Below are positions 1 through 13,458 of a stretch of DNA of 64,000 nucleotides, in pieces. Both the position numbers and the translations under genes were made by a program. The notes beneath the pieces are model-generated. The model saw nothing but the letters and a program-made list of their open reading frames with translations, was not told the DNA's origin and did not search any database. Position 1 is the first letter of the stretch, and each line of letters starts with the position of its first letter. The stretch is from Bilabrum cf. latius (taxonomy: Eukaryota), in NCBI GenBank assembly GCA_965178125.1, contig OZ237753.1, positions 682,001 through 746,000 on the forward strand, given 5' to 3'.

Positions 1-3000
1 TCCATGCTTCTAGAGTCCAGCGTCCCGGTTGCATCAGCTCGAGCCTGCCGATGCAGCTCGTCGAGCCTCGGTGCGAAAGCAGCTGCTGTTCCATACTCGG
101 CTGCAGCGGCCCCCGGCTAACTCTGCGCCCAGGTTGACTGCGATGATGCCGCGCTCGCTACAGCAAGCACCCAGGCATGTGGACTCTCGATTTGGAGATC
201 GGCGTCTGGATCTGCCACCGCGGCAGCTAAGAAGCAGGCCGCGGCAGGCAGCCCACACGCAGCTAGAGCCTATGCCAAGGCCCTCGAAAAAGTAAGCACA
301 TTAGAACTGATACCTCCTTGCTCCCTGGCTTGTGCCCTAGCGACCCGGGAGCACGCTCGGATGCTCTCGGTGATAACGAAGCGCGCTGCCTGCTTGGACC
401 GGACGGACCCACCGCGCGCCCTGAGGACTGCCGCGGCTGCTCGAATGATTGCGTTCATATCCTTGCCTTCTTGTGTCCCGTCTATTGAGAGGATGGCCTA
501 TACGGCCGCGAGGCGACCATGCGATACACTGCGAGCAATCAGGCCTAGCAGTCGCCCAGCACAACCCATGATCTGCTGTCGTTCAAGCCTGGAGACCCAC
601 TCTGGCTCTGTGGGTGGGCCAAGCACCTGCAGTTCGGAGCCGCTAGAGGAGGCTGCCGCATTGCCAGAATCCCGGGGCGATGGGTGTTTCGCCAGTGTCA
701 TGGCAGAAATGAGTCCTTCAAACACGTGCTTTCCGCGAGTGCCGATGCTCCTTGCGCACACAAACAGAACGTCGAGGGCAACGCACAAGCGACGGAAGGC
801 CGCAATGCGCTGCTAGTCCATCGACTGGGACTCTCCGCCTCTGGCTAGCGCTCTGAGGATGGTGCTGGTCGTTGAGAGGTACTTGGGGTCCACCGAGCAT
901 CCTCGGCGTCGGGCAGCTGCGATGATCTCTCGCATCGCTGCGTCCAATGCGACGGCAAGACTGCCAGCAGCCTAGTTGCCAGCAGAGCAGGCTGCCCGGT
1001 TCCTGTGTCGGGCACGACTCCGGCCGCACGCCGCCACAGCAAACAACCGCAGCCAATGCGAAGTAGCAGCCAGGGTATCTCCCTCACTAGACGTGGCAAT
1101 TTCACCCGCTGCCTGGGACAAGGACGCATCCACAGCCTATAGAATTCTGCCGCAATCCGCTTGAGCATCGTTTTTGGCCTGCAGTCGCGCGTGCTAGCTT
1201 GAGAACCCGCCTGCTTCGAGCAAGAAGGGCGTGCCCGCCACGAGGCACCCAGCCGCTTCCACAGCAAGCATCACATCCTATGAATAGGGTGCGAGGGATT
1301 GCATTGCCCGCTCCGCTTCATCGACCGCCTCGCGGAGCACATCCATGCGGAGGTCGTGATCGCGACGGCCCACGCAGGCGCCTGCCACCGACAGGATCGC
1401 AAACACGTCCGATCTGTTCCCCTGTTGCACGAGCTGTTTCAGCCGCGCCGTAAAGGCGGCCTGCATTGCCGCTTTCGGAAGCCTGGGCCTGAAGTACTTC
1501 GCTATGGCAATCGTAGCGCTTGCGTGTTGCAAAGCGATGCCAACTGACGGCACAAGCGAATCGACATCCACATGGCGCCCGTCCAGCTGCAGTTTCCAGG
1601 TAGCAGGCATCACGCCACTACCACTGTCGAAATCCTAGCCAACTCCTGCTTGTGCTTGCCCAATAGACAGCTAAGCAATATAAGCCCTCTCGTCAGACTG
1701 TACATCGTGCTGTGGCACAGCCGATACCCTCGCTCCAGCAAACATGGCCGCGTACGTAGCCACGGTGCTGCACCGGGCACCTAGCAGCAACTCAACACCA
1801 AGTGCAGGCGTCACCTCTGGGACAGCGAGAACTCCCCGTTCGGCCGTCTCCCTCTCAATTGTCGCGAACCGAACGACATCACTGTGGCGCACAGGCCTAC
1901 CTGCCACACCAGTCATCACGCCAGCAATCGAAGGCGGGTCTAGACAAGGGGCCTCATGGGGCAGCACGACGTGCATAATGCCATCTTGATACTTGCCTTT
2001 ACCATTGTTGCTTCCATCCGCTCGGCTAGGGCCACTGGACGCCTCGCCAAAGCTGTTCCCTACAAAAACCTTGCATACAGCGGCACCGACAATGGCGCAG
2101 CACTGCCGCGCAGCGACACCGGCAGCCGCAGACTCTGCTGTCGACAGTGGCATGTCGGTTGTCTTTTGCGTGTCCCACCCAGGCGCCGCACCCTGCGCCC
2201 CGTTCGCTGGATCTGTTCCATGCGACTCCTGCAGACAGCACAAGGGCCATGCCGACGCGGCGCACGCGAGTGCCCCGGCCCAGTCGCCTTGCAGCAGGCA
2301 CACCGATGCCCTGGAAGGCAGACCCAGCACACCGGCCTTCAGATACATCGATTTCGCACCCACGGCGGTGCCGCTCGTCCATGCTACGTGGCCCTCGTAC
2401 AGGTGCTAGACTGCCTGCCCCAGTCGGCTGCGGCGCGGCGGGATCCAGCTGTGCCCCAGCGCACCGGCCGGTGTGTGCAGCCCATTCGACGGTAGTAGTG
2501 CCCCTGTGTCGCGATCGCTTTGGCTGCTAGGCCTCTCCGTAAGGGAGTTCTGCTTGGTCGTTCGCACCAGCACCTGTCCCCACTTACCCTGGAGCACCCC
2601 TGCCCTGCTGACGAGGTGCCAGTCCTCGCGGCCCATCTTGCGGCGAAGCAGAGCCAGGATGGCAGCTGCAGCGGCAGATAGACGCTAGGCGGCTTCTCGG
2701 CTGCGACTGTCCGCTGCAGCATCCAGAGCTGTATGCGCCACGAGCCTTCCGAGGCGCAGCCAGGCCAATGGAAAGGCAAGAGGTTGGCCAGATTTCGACT
2801 CGTCCTCATCTTCCGTGAATGCGTCTGCTCTGCCGGAAGCCGCCATCAGCACGGCCTGCCTCACCATGCCGCCCCTGCGAGTAGCCAGCTCCACGAGACG
2901 CAGCAGCGCGATTGCTGCGTCGATTCGACCCGCATCCTGTAAGCTGGGGCGACCCTCAGCGTGCGTTGCGTCCGTAGCGGCTGCTGCAGGCAGGGCGCCA

Positions 3001-6000
3001 TCGCGCGGAAGTTGGCCCCGGCGGATGTCAGCCACCTCCACGAAGAGCCTGTGGGTCCACGAGTCCATGGCGAGCAGCGTGCGGCCAATCCTGGAGGCAT
3101 GGGCCAGGGTGGTTGCTCGAGTTGCCCTCCACACGGACCCAATGCCGCCAAACGGCCGGGCATCGGAGCTAACCTCGCTTTCTCCTACTCCCCGCAAGCC
3201 CTGCCTCAACCTCGCCGACTCAATCGCGACGGTGGACTGAAGCAGGCCCTCATCGGTCAGTGCAAAGGCCATTGAACGCAGCGTCTAGTGAGGCAGTAGC
3301 AGATGCCGGCACCCACTAGCATTGATTGCGATTCTGAATGCGGCTACAACGGCATCGGTGGCACTGTCCTCTGCGGACCCCGCTACGTGTGACCGCACCG
3401 CATCCAGCAAGCAATCTTCGAGCTGCGCGAGCGCATTCTCGCCAGCTCCAAGCAACGACCAGGCAGCATCCGACTGCCGGCATTCATGCATCTGTTGCAT
3501 GGCGTGAATGAATCCAGCAGCACCGGGAGGTGCGCCCACAATCCCCATCGCGGCTTCCTCTGTGCCATCCTGTGGAGCTGCACGGAGACCCTCCGCCTCC
3601 TCTGGTGCTTCGCCACGGACAACGCCTGCCATAACAGCGAGAAAGGTGAGGGTTTGAGTGTCTGCACGGTGGACTGGAGGCAGGGCGCCTTCCGCCCGGG
3701 TGCTGTCTTCAACCGCACGTCTTGCGGCCCAGTCTAGTTGCTCTCGTTCTCCAGTGGTGCTGCCAGCTTCGGTGGCATTGCGGGCTTGCGTATTGTCTTG
3801 AAGGGCATCAGTGAAACCACGAGATGGAGATGCAGCACCAATTGGCTTGAATTCTTGCGCGGTAGGGTCTGATGCCAGCCGTGCGTGCAGCTCTCGTTGA
3901 CTAGCTTCAACTGGCTCAAGCAGGAGCTGCTGGTCCGACAGGCGACTAGCTGGGGTTTGCTACTGTGGTCGCTAGCCTTCAGCGGCACTGCTAGCACCAA
4001 CGGGCAGTGCACTGTGCCCAGGTTCAGGAGCATGGCTGGCGCTGAGCGGGAGGTGCGGGTCAGGCAGTGCAACCGTAGCGGCCAAAGACGGCGGTAGCCG
4101 TAGCTGAAACATGGTACGGCCGACTACCGCGGTAAGCTGCGTGCCCAAGTGTCCCGTGAACGCAAGCGCCATCGGGCCAACCGCATCCTCGCTACTCGTA
4201 CCCCCTAGATCAAGCAAGAATGGACTCGACTGTGCCGGTGCCCACGACACGCGGCGGTCCCGCGGATCGGCAGACCCTCCTTGCCTGGTGCCGGTAGCCG
4301 CGCTCAAAGACCGGAGCAGCGAAGGCGCCGCGACTGTCCTAAGGGGCAGTCCGGTGGCCGTGCAGCACAGCAGGTGCCCCGTCGATGTCAGTGCAAGGAT
4401 CACGCGACCACTAGCCGCAAACTCAATGCTAGCTGGCGATCCGACGTGCCGGCTAGCTGATTGGCCTTTCTTCTCTGGCCTAGAGCCAGCCGTCGCTCGC
4501 GCCAAATCGTTCATTCGCAGGCAGACATGGTCTGGTCGGTCTAGCTTGCGAATGACGAGTGCATGATCCTGTGTGCCGTTTCTAGAAGTCTGGCTGGCGC
4601 TTCCTGCGTACGGACCCACCGAAGGGTGCGTCGACACCGTGACGCTGGCTCTGCTGCTACCGGCCGGTTCGCCTGAGCCGGTTGCTGGGGCCTCAGCGAA
4701 CTATCCGCGCCCTTGGTCGCTCCTTCGCCTGCTTCGAGGAGCCGCCTAGCTCTTTAGTTCCCTCGGATATCCAGCCATGCTGCTGTAGCTGCTGTCCTGA
4801 CCAGAATCAGTCTTGTCCTTGCTCGCATGCACCCCGATGCAAAGCACTCCACCGTCTAGGCTGAACTCGGAAGACACGCTCCGGATCGGGGCCTGGAACG
4901 TCTCTGAGCCATTCAATGATACAAGCACACACTTGTCTCCCTCTCCTCCGTGCCTCACGCACTCGGGGATGCCTACAACAGTGATGCGATACACGAGCTC
5001 GTGCCAACCACGCCCCTTCTCTGCTATTCCCGTTCTTGCTGCTACAGGTGCGCTGTGACTAGTGTCTCGCCGCAGTTCCGGGTCAATCGATCTTGTACCG
5101 ATGTGCAAGAATGCGATGCAATCGATTCCGTCTGGGTCGGTCGTCCAAGGGGCGGTGCGGGTGCCAGCGATCACCTCGCCCTCACCCTGCACCTCGCCGG
5201 CGTCGACAGTGCCACTTCTCCCCGTCATTGAGGCGTCTATACCATCATTATTGTCGTCAAAAGGCATGACATTCCCGTACACGCTGCCTCTGTGCCAGCC
5301 ATCGCGAGATCCGCTTCGAGAAGCAGCATGCCGGTCGACTGCTTCCAAATTCATGCCTCTGGCAGAGCTCTGATCTTCGCCCGATGGAAAACCGCCGAAG
5401 CTTGGACCACACAAAGGCACGTCAATCAATTGACGGCTGCTTTTAACCCCTCTGTGGATGCTGCCGATGGGCGGATCAGGGTCTTGACCGCTTGCTGACT
5501 GCGATATTGCTCGTTCCGAAGCACCTGCTTGGCTGTCCTCGAGTGGTGCTCCCCAATGCGACCCGCCGGCTGCTGATGCGGAGCCATGCAATGTGCTATA
5601 AGTCGCCAATACCTAACGCTTAGCGCGGAGTCTTGACCTGGGAAAATACTTGGTGGAGACCAGAGACAATCCCGCGTGTTGCTGGCTGCACGATTGAGGT
5701 AGCTTGCACCATGCACCCCTGGCATCGTCCCAGCTCGCACCTATCCAAACAAGTGGCTGTTGCCATGATTCTACCTGAACGCACATCATTCTACCACCAG
5801 GACTGCAAGATAGAGTGTGCTGAGTGCTGCATCCGAATTGTGCCGGCGAGCTCATACTATTGCTCGTCGATCTTGGGTTAGGGCGCAACAGGTACTGAGG
5901 TATCGAACGGATTGCGTAAACACTACTGCCGTCCAGAGTAGAACTTCGGAGCTGCCCGCGCTGGGATAATTGAACGAACACCCCCCCCTGACATGCGTCG

Positions 6001-6233
6001 GTAGCAACGGCTGCGACGTTCTCATGAGGCCATTGTAGCTTGTGGGCCTGCCCATGATCGGCTTTCCCATTCCAATCCGAATGTAAGAATACAACGTTCC
6101 CTTCACGGTCCCGAGAAATCAATGACAAGCCGGAGCGTCCTCTAGCAACCACCTTGGCTTGTGCATCCTTTCGCACGCCGCCACAAGCTTCAATGCGGCA
6201 AGCTTGCCCAGCTGCATCAATGGCAACCTCCAT
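1..6233 (-). CDS. Large uncharacterised protein, >2070 aa, running off the window start (TAG read as Gln)
   Basis: ORFs 5613-6233, 4746-5609, 3972-4637, 3285-3632, 2685-3272, 2406-2636, 1671-2363, 1278-1613, 498-788 and 270-458 are all in one frame. They are separated only by TAG (about 18), with no TAA or TGA from ATG 6233 to base 1. An in-frame TGA lies immediately upstream of the ATG. No family recognised. Confidence 0.75.
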
Positions 6234-6420
6234 TCAAAAGAGCTCGTTGACCAGAGAAGCTGGAAAATCGTGCAAGCTTCTATTACCCTGCAAGCGTCTA
6301 CTCGAAATGTCCAAACGGGCTACAGATTGGGTGACGAGTAGTAGCATGCTGCATGCCAATTCTGTACTAACGATGATTTTAGCGCCAACAAACGTCAATG
6401 TGTAGCGAAGCGGTACAATT

Positions 6421-6575
6421 GGTGTTGCAGGCACTCTCAGGAGGCACATGTCCACGGTGCATCTGGGGGAGCACAAGCACGAGTGCTCCGTGTGTGGCAA
6501 GAGCTTCGGTGTTGCAGGCAATCTCAGGAGGCACATGTCTACGGTGCACCTGGGGAAGCGCAAGCACGCGTGCAC
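6421..6575 (+). pseudogene. C2H2 zinc-finger fragment (87-bp tandem duplicate)
   Basis: Translates GVAGTLRRHMSTVHLGEHKHECSVCGKSFGVAGNLRRHMSTVHLGKRKHAC: one complete CxxC...HxxxxH finger between two partial ones. Two near-identical units start at 6421 and 6508. The frame ends at TAA 6601. Confidence 0.6.
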
Positions 6576-6748
6576 TTTGGTTGGCTTATCGCTATAGCTT
6601 TAATGGGATCTGCCGATAAGAAACCAACAAAGCGGGGAAATTCGATCCAGATCAATTTTCTCACTGCATGTTGTGCAGTACTACCTGTCGATGCCGCCGT
6701 ACCTACGGTAGCATCTGTAAAACCAGGCCCCCCAAAAAAAAAGGATCC

Positions 6749-8123
6749 TCAAGAGGACCCAGACGGTTCCGCCTTGCCAGCACCCGCCCCGTCACCTACC
6801 GCTCCGGGGTCCGCCTTGGCGAGGTCATCCCCAGCAGCAGCAGCAGCTGCAGCACCGCCCTCGGCCCTAGTGTAGCTCCTCCGCTTGGCCACGTCCGACT
6901 CTGCCTTGAGTCCCTGCTGCACCTCGTGCTCGAGCAAGTGCTCCAAGAGCTTGCTGGTCCTCTGCACCTCCACAGAGAGCCTGGGGAGCCGCAGCTGGCC
7001 AGGTGCAGGGTTGTCGAGGCACGTCTGCGTCGAGACGCAGGCAGCTTCTCCCAACCGGCCTAGGCTGGCCACCACCTGGGTCAGCACGGGGATTCCCTGG
7101 GCCACTGCGGTGAGGGCCAGCTTCTCCTGGTGCTGCAGGGTCATGCGGACCACCTGCTCGTATGCCTCTGGCCTGCTCCTCGTAGCAATCGTGAGCGAGG
7201 GCATGTCGGCCACAGTGCCGTCCCTCGTCACACGGTTGAGCAGCTTGTCCAGCTGGCTCCAGTACTCGGCGCGGTACAAGTTGTCCAGGCTCACGGGGTT
7301 CGTCTCTGTGATGGAGATGTGTTCCCCGGCGGTGCGGCCTGCAGCGGCACCCTCCGCGGCGCCGTCGTGCTTGGGTCGGAAGCGGTTCCACCTGTAGTGG
7401 CCGAACAGGACCACGGCCTTGAGGCCGCTCTTGGCACAATCCACCGTGTGGTGGATCGAGTCGTCGATCAGGATGGACGCGCCGATCTCCTTGCAGATTT
7501 CGGCCTTGGAGCGGGGCTTGCCGCCCTTGCCGTCAGAGTAGTGGTTCCCAAAGTGAATGCCATCAAAGATACCGGGGTAGTGTCGCTTCACCCACTCCCG
7601 TGTCTTCTCCTCAACTGCTACCTAGCGGCTTGTTACAATGTGATAACTGAATCGAGTCGCATTCTTTTTCAAGATCCTTTCAGCATCCTCAATCGGGCGA
7701 ATCTCCATAAAGTCGTCGCTCTCAAAGAATTCCATTACCTCGTCCCGAACTTCATCGGGAGATCCTCCCCACGTATCGCTGAAATGATATGTTAGGTAAT
7801 CCTTGAGCTGAAAGTGCGTGCCGTGCCTCTTGTTGTGAAAGCTGGTCAGGCTCGAGAGGAACGACGCCTGCGAACTCGTAAAACCAGCTTGATATGTAAA
7901 ACATGGGAAATATTACCCTACCAATAAACGAGGGGAATATCAAATTTCAAAAAATACCCCTCGATTGAGACGGACTGATCAAAATGTAGCGGTGCGACCG
8001 GTTCCGAGCTACGCAGTGGATCCTCACCAGCACTTCATCGAGGTCTACGGCAATAACTACCCGTTTAGGCGCCTCAGCTGCTGCAGTGCTAGCATCAGCG
8101 CCAGCATCAGCAACACCAGCCAT
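6749..8123 (-). CDS. HAD-superfamily 5'(3')-nucleotidase-like (NT5C-type) protein with an Alba-like C-terminal domain
   Basis: Motif I VIAVDLDEVL, intron 7868-8027 (GT..AG), then HIVTSR*(TAG 7622)VAVEEKTREWVKRHYPGIFDGIHFGNHY, KAEICKEIGASILIDDS and LFGHYRWN. TGA at 6749. Confidence 0.8.
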
Positions 8124-8224
8124 ATTTACTGGAGATAGATCGGATTCTGGGCGGAATTCGTGAATCTCTGAGCTATCCTCAAAGTGATCGCAACAATACA
8201 ACAAAAACCAGATTCCTAGATCCT

Positions 8225-11200
8225 TCATCGAAGCGGCTGGCCGCCTGCAACGGATCGTAGCGCCCTAGCTTCGTTTGCGAGAGTGATGCAGTCTGCCTCA
8301 GCAGTAGCTGCGCACTAGCGCGCTCGTGCTGCCTCGGCCTCCACCTCAGCGAGCTGCGCGCTCGCCTTCGCAGCAGTTGCTCGCTCGCCGGCCTACTGCC
8401 CTCTTGCCCTGGCCCTCCGCGCGCAGATGGACAGCCGCTCCATCTGAGCGAGCATGCCACGCTCGCACCGCCGCGCGGCAGCCAGCCGTTCCCTGCACCT
8501 AGATCCCTCTTTCAGCGCCGCCTCGAGCTCCCCTGCTGCTCGCTTCGCCTGCTTGATGCAGAGCCAGGCCCGGTCCACCTCGGCGCGGGGTGGGCTATTC
8601 GAACGAGACAACACCCCGGGAGCATATGACAAACCCTTGGATGCGCACGATTGCCCCGCCACCAGTGCTCGTCTCAGCCTGGCAACGGATCTCCTGACCT
8701 CCATGGCTCCCTTCCGCAGCGCACGAGCAGACGCCTGCCCCGCCGTGACCGGCCAGTCGTTTTGAGAGTCATCCTTGGTCCTAGCGTCAGTCTAATCACA
8801 TCCATTTAGACTACTACCCGTGTTTGTGTGCTCCCGCCCCGCTTGGCCCAGCCGCAAAAGCAGAAGGTCAGCCTCCGCGATGATCTCCGATACCTCAAGC
8901 GACGGCGATGCTCGCCTCCGCGAAGCACCTGCTCGAAGGGCACCGCCGCTGCTGCTGCTGCTGCTGATGCGGGCAGTCGCTCGCGGGGCACGGCTTCGGT
9001 CGCTCGCTCCAGCCTGCAGCTCGACCGAATCGGGAGACGGTGCCCTGCGCGACGATGAGCGGGACCTCGCTGGCAGCAGTGATGCTAAACCACGATCATC
9101 TTCTCCGCGCCCTGTGCGCTTGCCTGGGCCATGCCGCTCTGGTGAGGTAGACGGGCTCAGATCCCTCCTGAACTTGGAGGGGGTCGTGTCGGCTAGAGCG
9201 AGCAGGCTCACGGTGCCCTGGCTGCTACCGCTCGCAGCGACAACCGGATCGGAACTAGCAGCAGATCGATCACCGGTACACACGGCATTCGATTGCAGTT
9301 GTGCTCTCTGCTCGGGCGATTTTGAGGCACTGTGTCCCCGGGGGCGTTGATCGATCTGGTCAGGAGAATGCAATCGAGCGGTGCCGTGGGCGCATCTTGC
9401 CGCATCGTGGGTGGACCCCCCAGACGGAAGCCTCCCTCTCATGCCGGCTGCTCCTCTATTCTCCGTTGAGGACGACCCTCTCAGCAGAGACATGACATCG
9501 AATACTCGAGCCTCGGGCCGCATCCCACCCTCGTTTAAGGGGTTCGATTTGGCAGACCTGAGATCGCCATTTCCACTGGCGAGTGGACTGGACGCGGCTG
9601 CTTCATTCACACTGCCATCAACACGGCTGCCCTTTGCTTGAGACATAGCTCTATCGCCCGCGTCACCGATACGGCGGTCTCCTGGCACTTGATCGCCAGA
9701 GTGCGATGAGGAAGTAATCGGTCGGCGATCGGGTGACTTGCTCCTAGGGCGAGGCGACGTGCTGCTGCAGCTCCTCGCAGTCCGGGGCTTGCCGGGTGCA
9801 GCGGCAGGTGAGCGCCCCCTCGTTGTCTCCCTATGGTCTCGAGCACGACTGGAAGATGGGTGCACCCTTCTGTCTGTCCTCTTTTCAGCGCTTTCGTGTT
9901 CAATGGCACCAGAGGTCTCGGCGGGGCGTTCAGGCCAATGCTCCGCAGGCAGCAGAGGCGGCCCGGGCCTACACTTGTCTTCTAGTGATTGCTGCCTCGT
10001 CTTCGTGTCATGGCTGCTCCCACCAATCGGAGGCGGTTCATCTCCTGCAAGCACCTGCCCGCCTCCACCGAGCCTCACCTTCCTGAGCCCGTGTCCTCGC
10101 CACCCTGCCGCACCTCTGGGCCACTGAGCCTGCACGCCTGCTTGCACTGCTTGGCTCGTGGGCCGCACGACAGTCGCACCACCGCTCTGAGCTCCCGCAT
10201 CCCCGACACCAACCGAGAATACGTCATCCAATCCGTCCATGAGAGCATGAAACGACCCAGCTCCACCCGGCGACAAGATGGACCTGTTTTGAAGCTCGTC
10301 GCGATCATCACGTCGGTCCCTCGTGCTGGGCTCGGAAGTTGTCAGCTCTAGACTGAATCCATGCAATCCCGATCCCTCGGCCCGCGGGACTGGACTTTGA
10401 TCTGAGCCCGCGACCGGCCTCTCTCTTTCTTGGTTAGAACGCCCAGTGCGGCCTTGCACGACCTCCTGCAGGAAGGCATCGATCTGCCGCATAGCCGCGC
10501 TTTTAGGGCTGCGGTGCTGAGGCTGATGCCCAAGGGCCAGGCCAATACCTGCGTTCTAGGCAGCTTCCTTCAGGACTACATCGAGCTCTTGCTCGCCCTT
10601 GCCGTGGGTTGACTCGCTCCCCGACATGGAGGAGCCACGGGTCCCGCGCGTGGCGCTGAGATGAGGCTCATCCTCCGACGCAACCGACACGGGCCCGCCA
10701 GCTGGCAGAATGGCCGAGGGCTGGTCCGCCTATGCTCCGGGGAAGCTGTCTCTGGGACTGTTCCTGGATCCATATGAGCTGCTCGTCTCCACGGGGATCG
10801 CGGGCCCATGGGGTGTCTGTGCATCGCTGTCTGCTCGCGTAGGCTGTTGCGTATGGATGCCAACTTCTGCGACTGCTTGTTCGCCGGGTCGGTTACTTTT
10901 TCGTGTTCCCGAAGAACCGCCGAGAAACCCGGTCGGTTTTCCTGCATCGGATCCTCTTGAACCGATCGAGCTGCCGCTTGATGGCAGCACAGCGCCACGA
11001 GCGCCCCGCCCGTCGCTGAGATCGCCACCTTGCGGAGTTCGGTCGTGCCGGCTGATGCTTTTTGCCAGAGCATCTACCAGCTCGTCCAACTGCTTGGTGT
11101 GCTCCGGCTACCACCCACCCCTCATCATGCGATCCGCACTGTCCTGCGAAAGGAACCAGCGGAGGCCGTGCATTTGCTAGTCGGGTGCAGGTGTTGCAGA

Positions 11201-13291
11201 TGAATTGCTGGATTGGGCGCCACCTGCACCCATCCTATCCGGTTTATTTGTATCAGGGGCAGACGACCGGCCACCGCGCACGCGCAGTTGCTCTCGGAGC
11301 ACAGCAGCAGACGCAACGGCAGCAGCAGCGCTGGGTGCAGCGTCAACACCGCCGATGCCGCGGGAATTGTTCGGCATGCCTTCGTGCGCATCTGCAGCAG
11401 CGTGGCCGTGATGAGGACCATGACCGGAACTTGATGGTGCGTGCGGTGACCCCTTGCCCAAGTCTGCATGATCGAGCGCTGCCACCTGTCCCAATTCCTC
11501 TGGAGATTTCCTTGGCTTGTTCGCTCCCACGCTGCTCGGAGTAGTCTCCATCGTGCCAGGCCTCATCCTCCTCATGAGGCGCAAAGCGGCCATCTTGGCC
11601 TGATCACCATCGGAAACGAGTTGATCCCGTACCGAAATTCCTTCCTCTCTGTCTATCCTCTCCCAGTCTGCGTCCTGAAGGCCCATGGCCGATTGAGGCA
11701 CTCCTCTCCTGCGCACACACGCGGTCACGATAGACCTGGCTCTGGAGGCAAGGCCGAGCGCATGGGCTGCAGTCATGTATGACCTCGTCCGACTCGGAAT
11801 GCTCGTCACCAGGAAGGTCTTCGCGTTGCCGAACAGCAGGGAACCCACGACCTTGGCCAGAAGGCCCCCCCGTTTGCTCGAGGTAGGCAGCACACGGGCG
11901 CGTGTCGCCTCTGCGATCCCAGCCGCGAGGCCGATGTCATTCTCATCACTATGATCAAGACTCATTGAAGTACTGCTACTAGTATTTCCCACACCCTCGC
12001 CCCTGCCTTTTTCGCACCGCTCCTTCTGGCTCGCGTCCCTGCCTCCCGCCTTGAGCTCCCTCTCCACCGAAGCTGCCTCGACCAGCATGCGCTCCACTGC
12101 AAGGGCGTCTTCTCGAAGATCCCTAGCGATGGTCTCAGGCAACGGAAGGGCAATATCTCTAGATGAAGGGCCGAGAATCCCGTTCAGTGCACCGTCCTTG
12201 ACTCCGAGTCGCCTGCTTGCCTGCCTCACGCTAGGCTAGCCCGCCAGCTGGACCGCGTGCAGTACTCTCACACATCCATCCGAAGAGGATCGCACCACGA
12301 TCCTGACCACAGTGTGCCACCCAAGTGCCTCGTGCTGCTCTTCCTAGCCTCCTGCGCCAGCTCCAGCTCGAAGAGCGCCTACCTCCGCCCCTCCCTGCCC
12401 GCCCGCCACTGGCACGATCGGGGGAGGCTAGTCCGGATCCAAGCATCGGCTTGGGGTCAGGTATCTTGCGCGGCAAGACGCCCGACGCAGCAGGAGGCAC
12501 GCCTCCTCGACGGAGCGCACCTGCGCGGTTGCAACGCGCAGAGCGTGGGGGTGCGACCCGATGGCAACGGCTGGGTGCTGGCAGCCTGGCAAGTTTCTCG
12601 AGTCTACTGCACCCACGTCAGCTGTTTGTTTACTTGATGTTCGACCGTCTGCCACTCTGCGGCCCTTCGGTCTCTCCTGGCTATCGTGCTAGACTCCAAG
12701 GAGTACGCGACCGTCGACTGCAAGGTCTGGCCAGAGCAAGTCTCTCCGCACGTCACCTCTGAGCTGGAAGCATGCTATCCCTACGCTATTCCCAGGAAAT
12801 GTCATGGAAGCATCATGATTGTCCCCAAGTGCCGAAGAACTGCTACTCGGCTTCGACAGGGCGCTCGACAGCGAGGTGAGCACGCTGCGAAGCAGGCCCG
12901 GCTTCTCTGCATCAAGGCCGAAGAAACTCTCGCGGTGTCTGTCCTAGCCTGTACATATAACATTTACATTCCAACCGTCAGCCAGCCAGGACACGACTCC
13001 CTACCCTACAGCTAGTTGCCCTGGAACGTCGTCTCGTGGAGATTGAAAGGCAACCGAGCACTCGTACTACCTTGCTTGTGGCGGCCGGCGCGATGACCAG
13101 CGGTCCGGTGCTCCATGAAGTAGAACTGATGAGCCAGAGGAGCTCGCACTCACGCGGGCGCCCTGCACTGAATGAGCCTCTTGGGACGCCTCTACCGTGC
13201 AGACCCGCAAGAAAGAATCGAGTTTCACGGACCGGGCATCAGCCCCAGTGACTGGAATATAATCTAACTATCTTGGATCGCCACATTTCAT
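8225..13291 (-). CDS. Divergent kinesin-motor-like protein, about 1690 aa, with a low-complexity/coiled-coil tail
   Basis: One frame from ATG 13291 to TGA 8225 with about 15 TAGs. Kinesin-like segments occur in the expected order: DGWNVNVICTG*, VGIACFQLRGDVRRDLL, VRSVEEACLLLRRA, WHTVVRIVV..LHAVQLAG*, GLLAKVVGSLLFGNAKTFLVTSI..ALGLASRARSI. The start codon is tentative. Confidence 0.7.
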
Positions 13292-13458
13292 CTCAAAAAA
13301 CCAAAGCAGGCTTGAAAATGGTACCGAGAGACACAATCTCCGCCAACGGACGGAAGCGGTCGCAACCAGCAGTTCTGCTGGGAGCAAAGGCAGTCAGGCT
13401 GGAGAGCCGCTCGAGCAAGACTGCGCCGTGCGACAAAGAATCGAGACTTGCGCCCACA

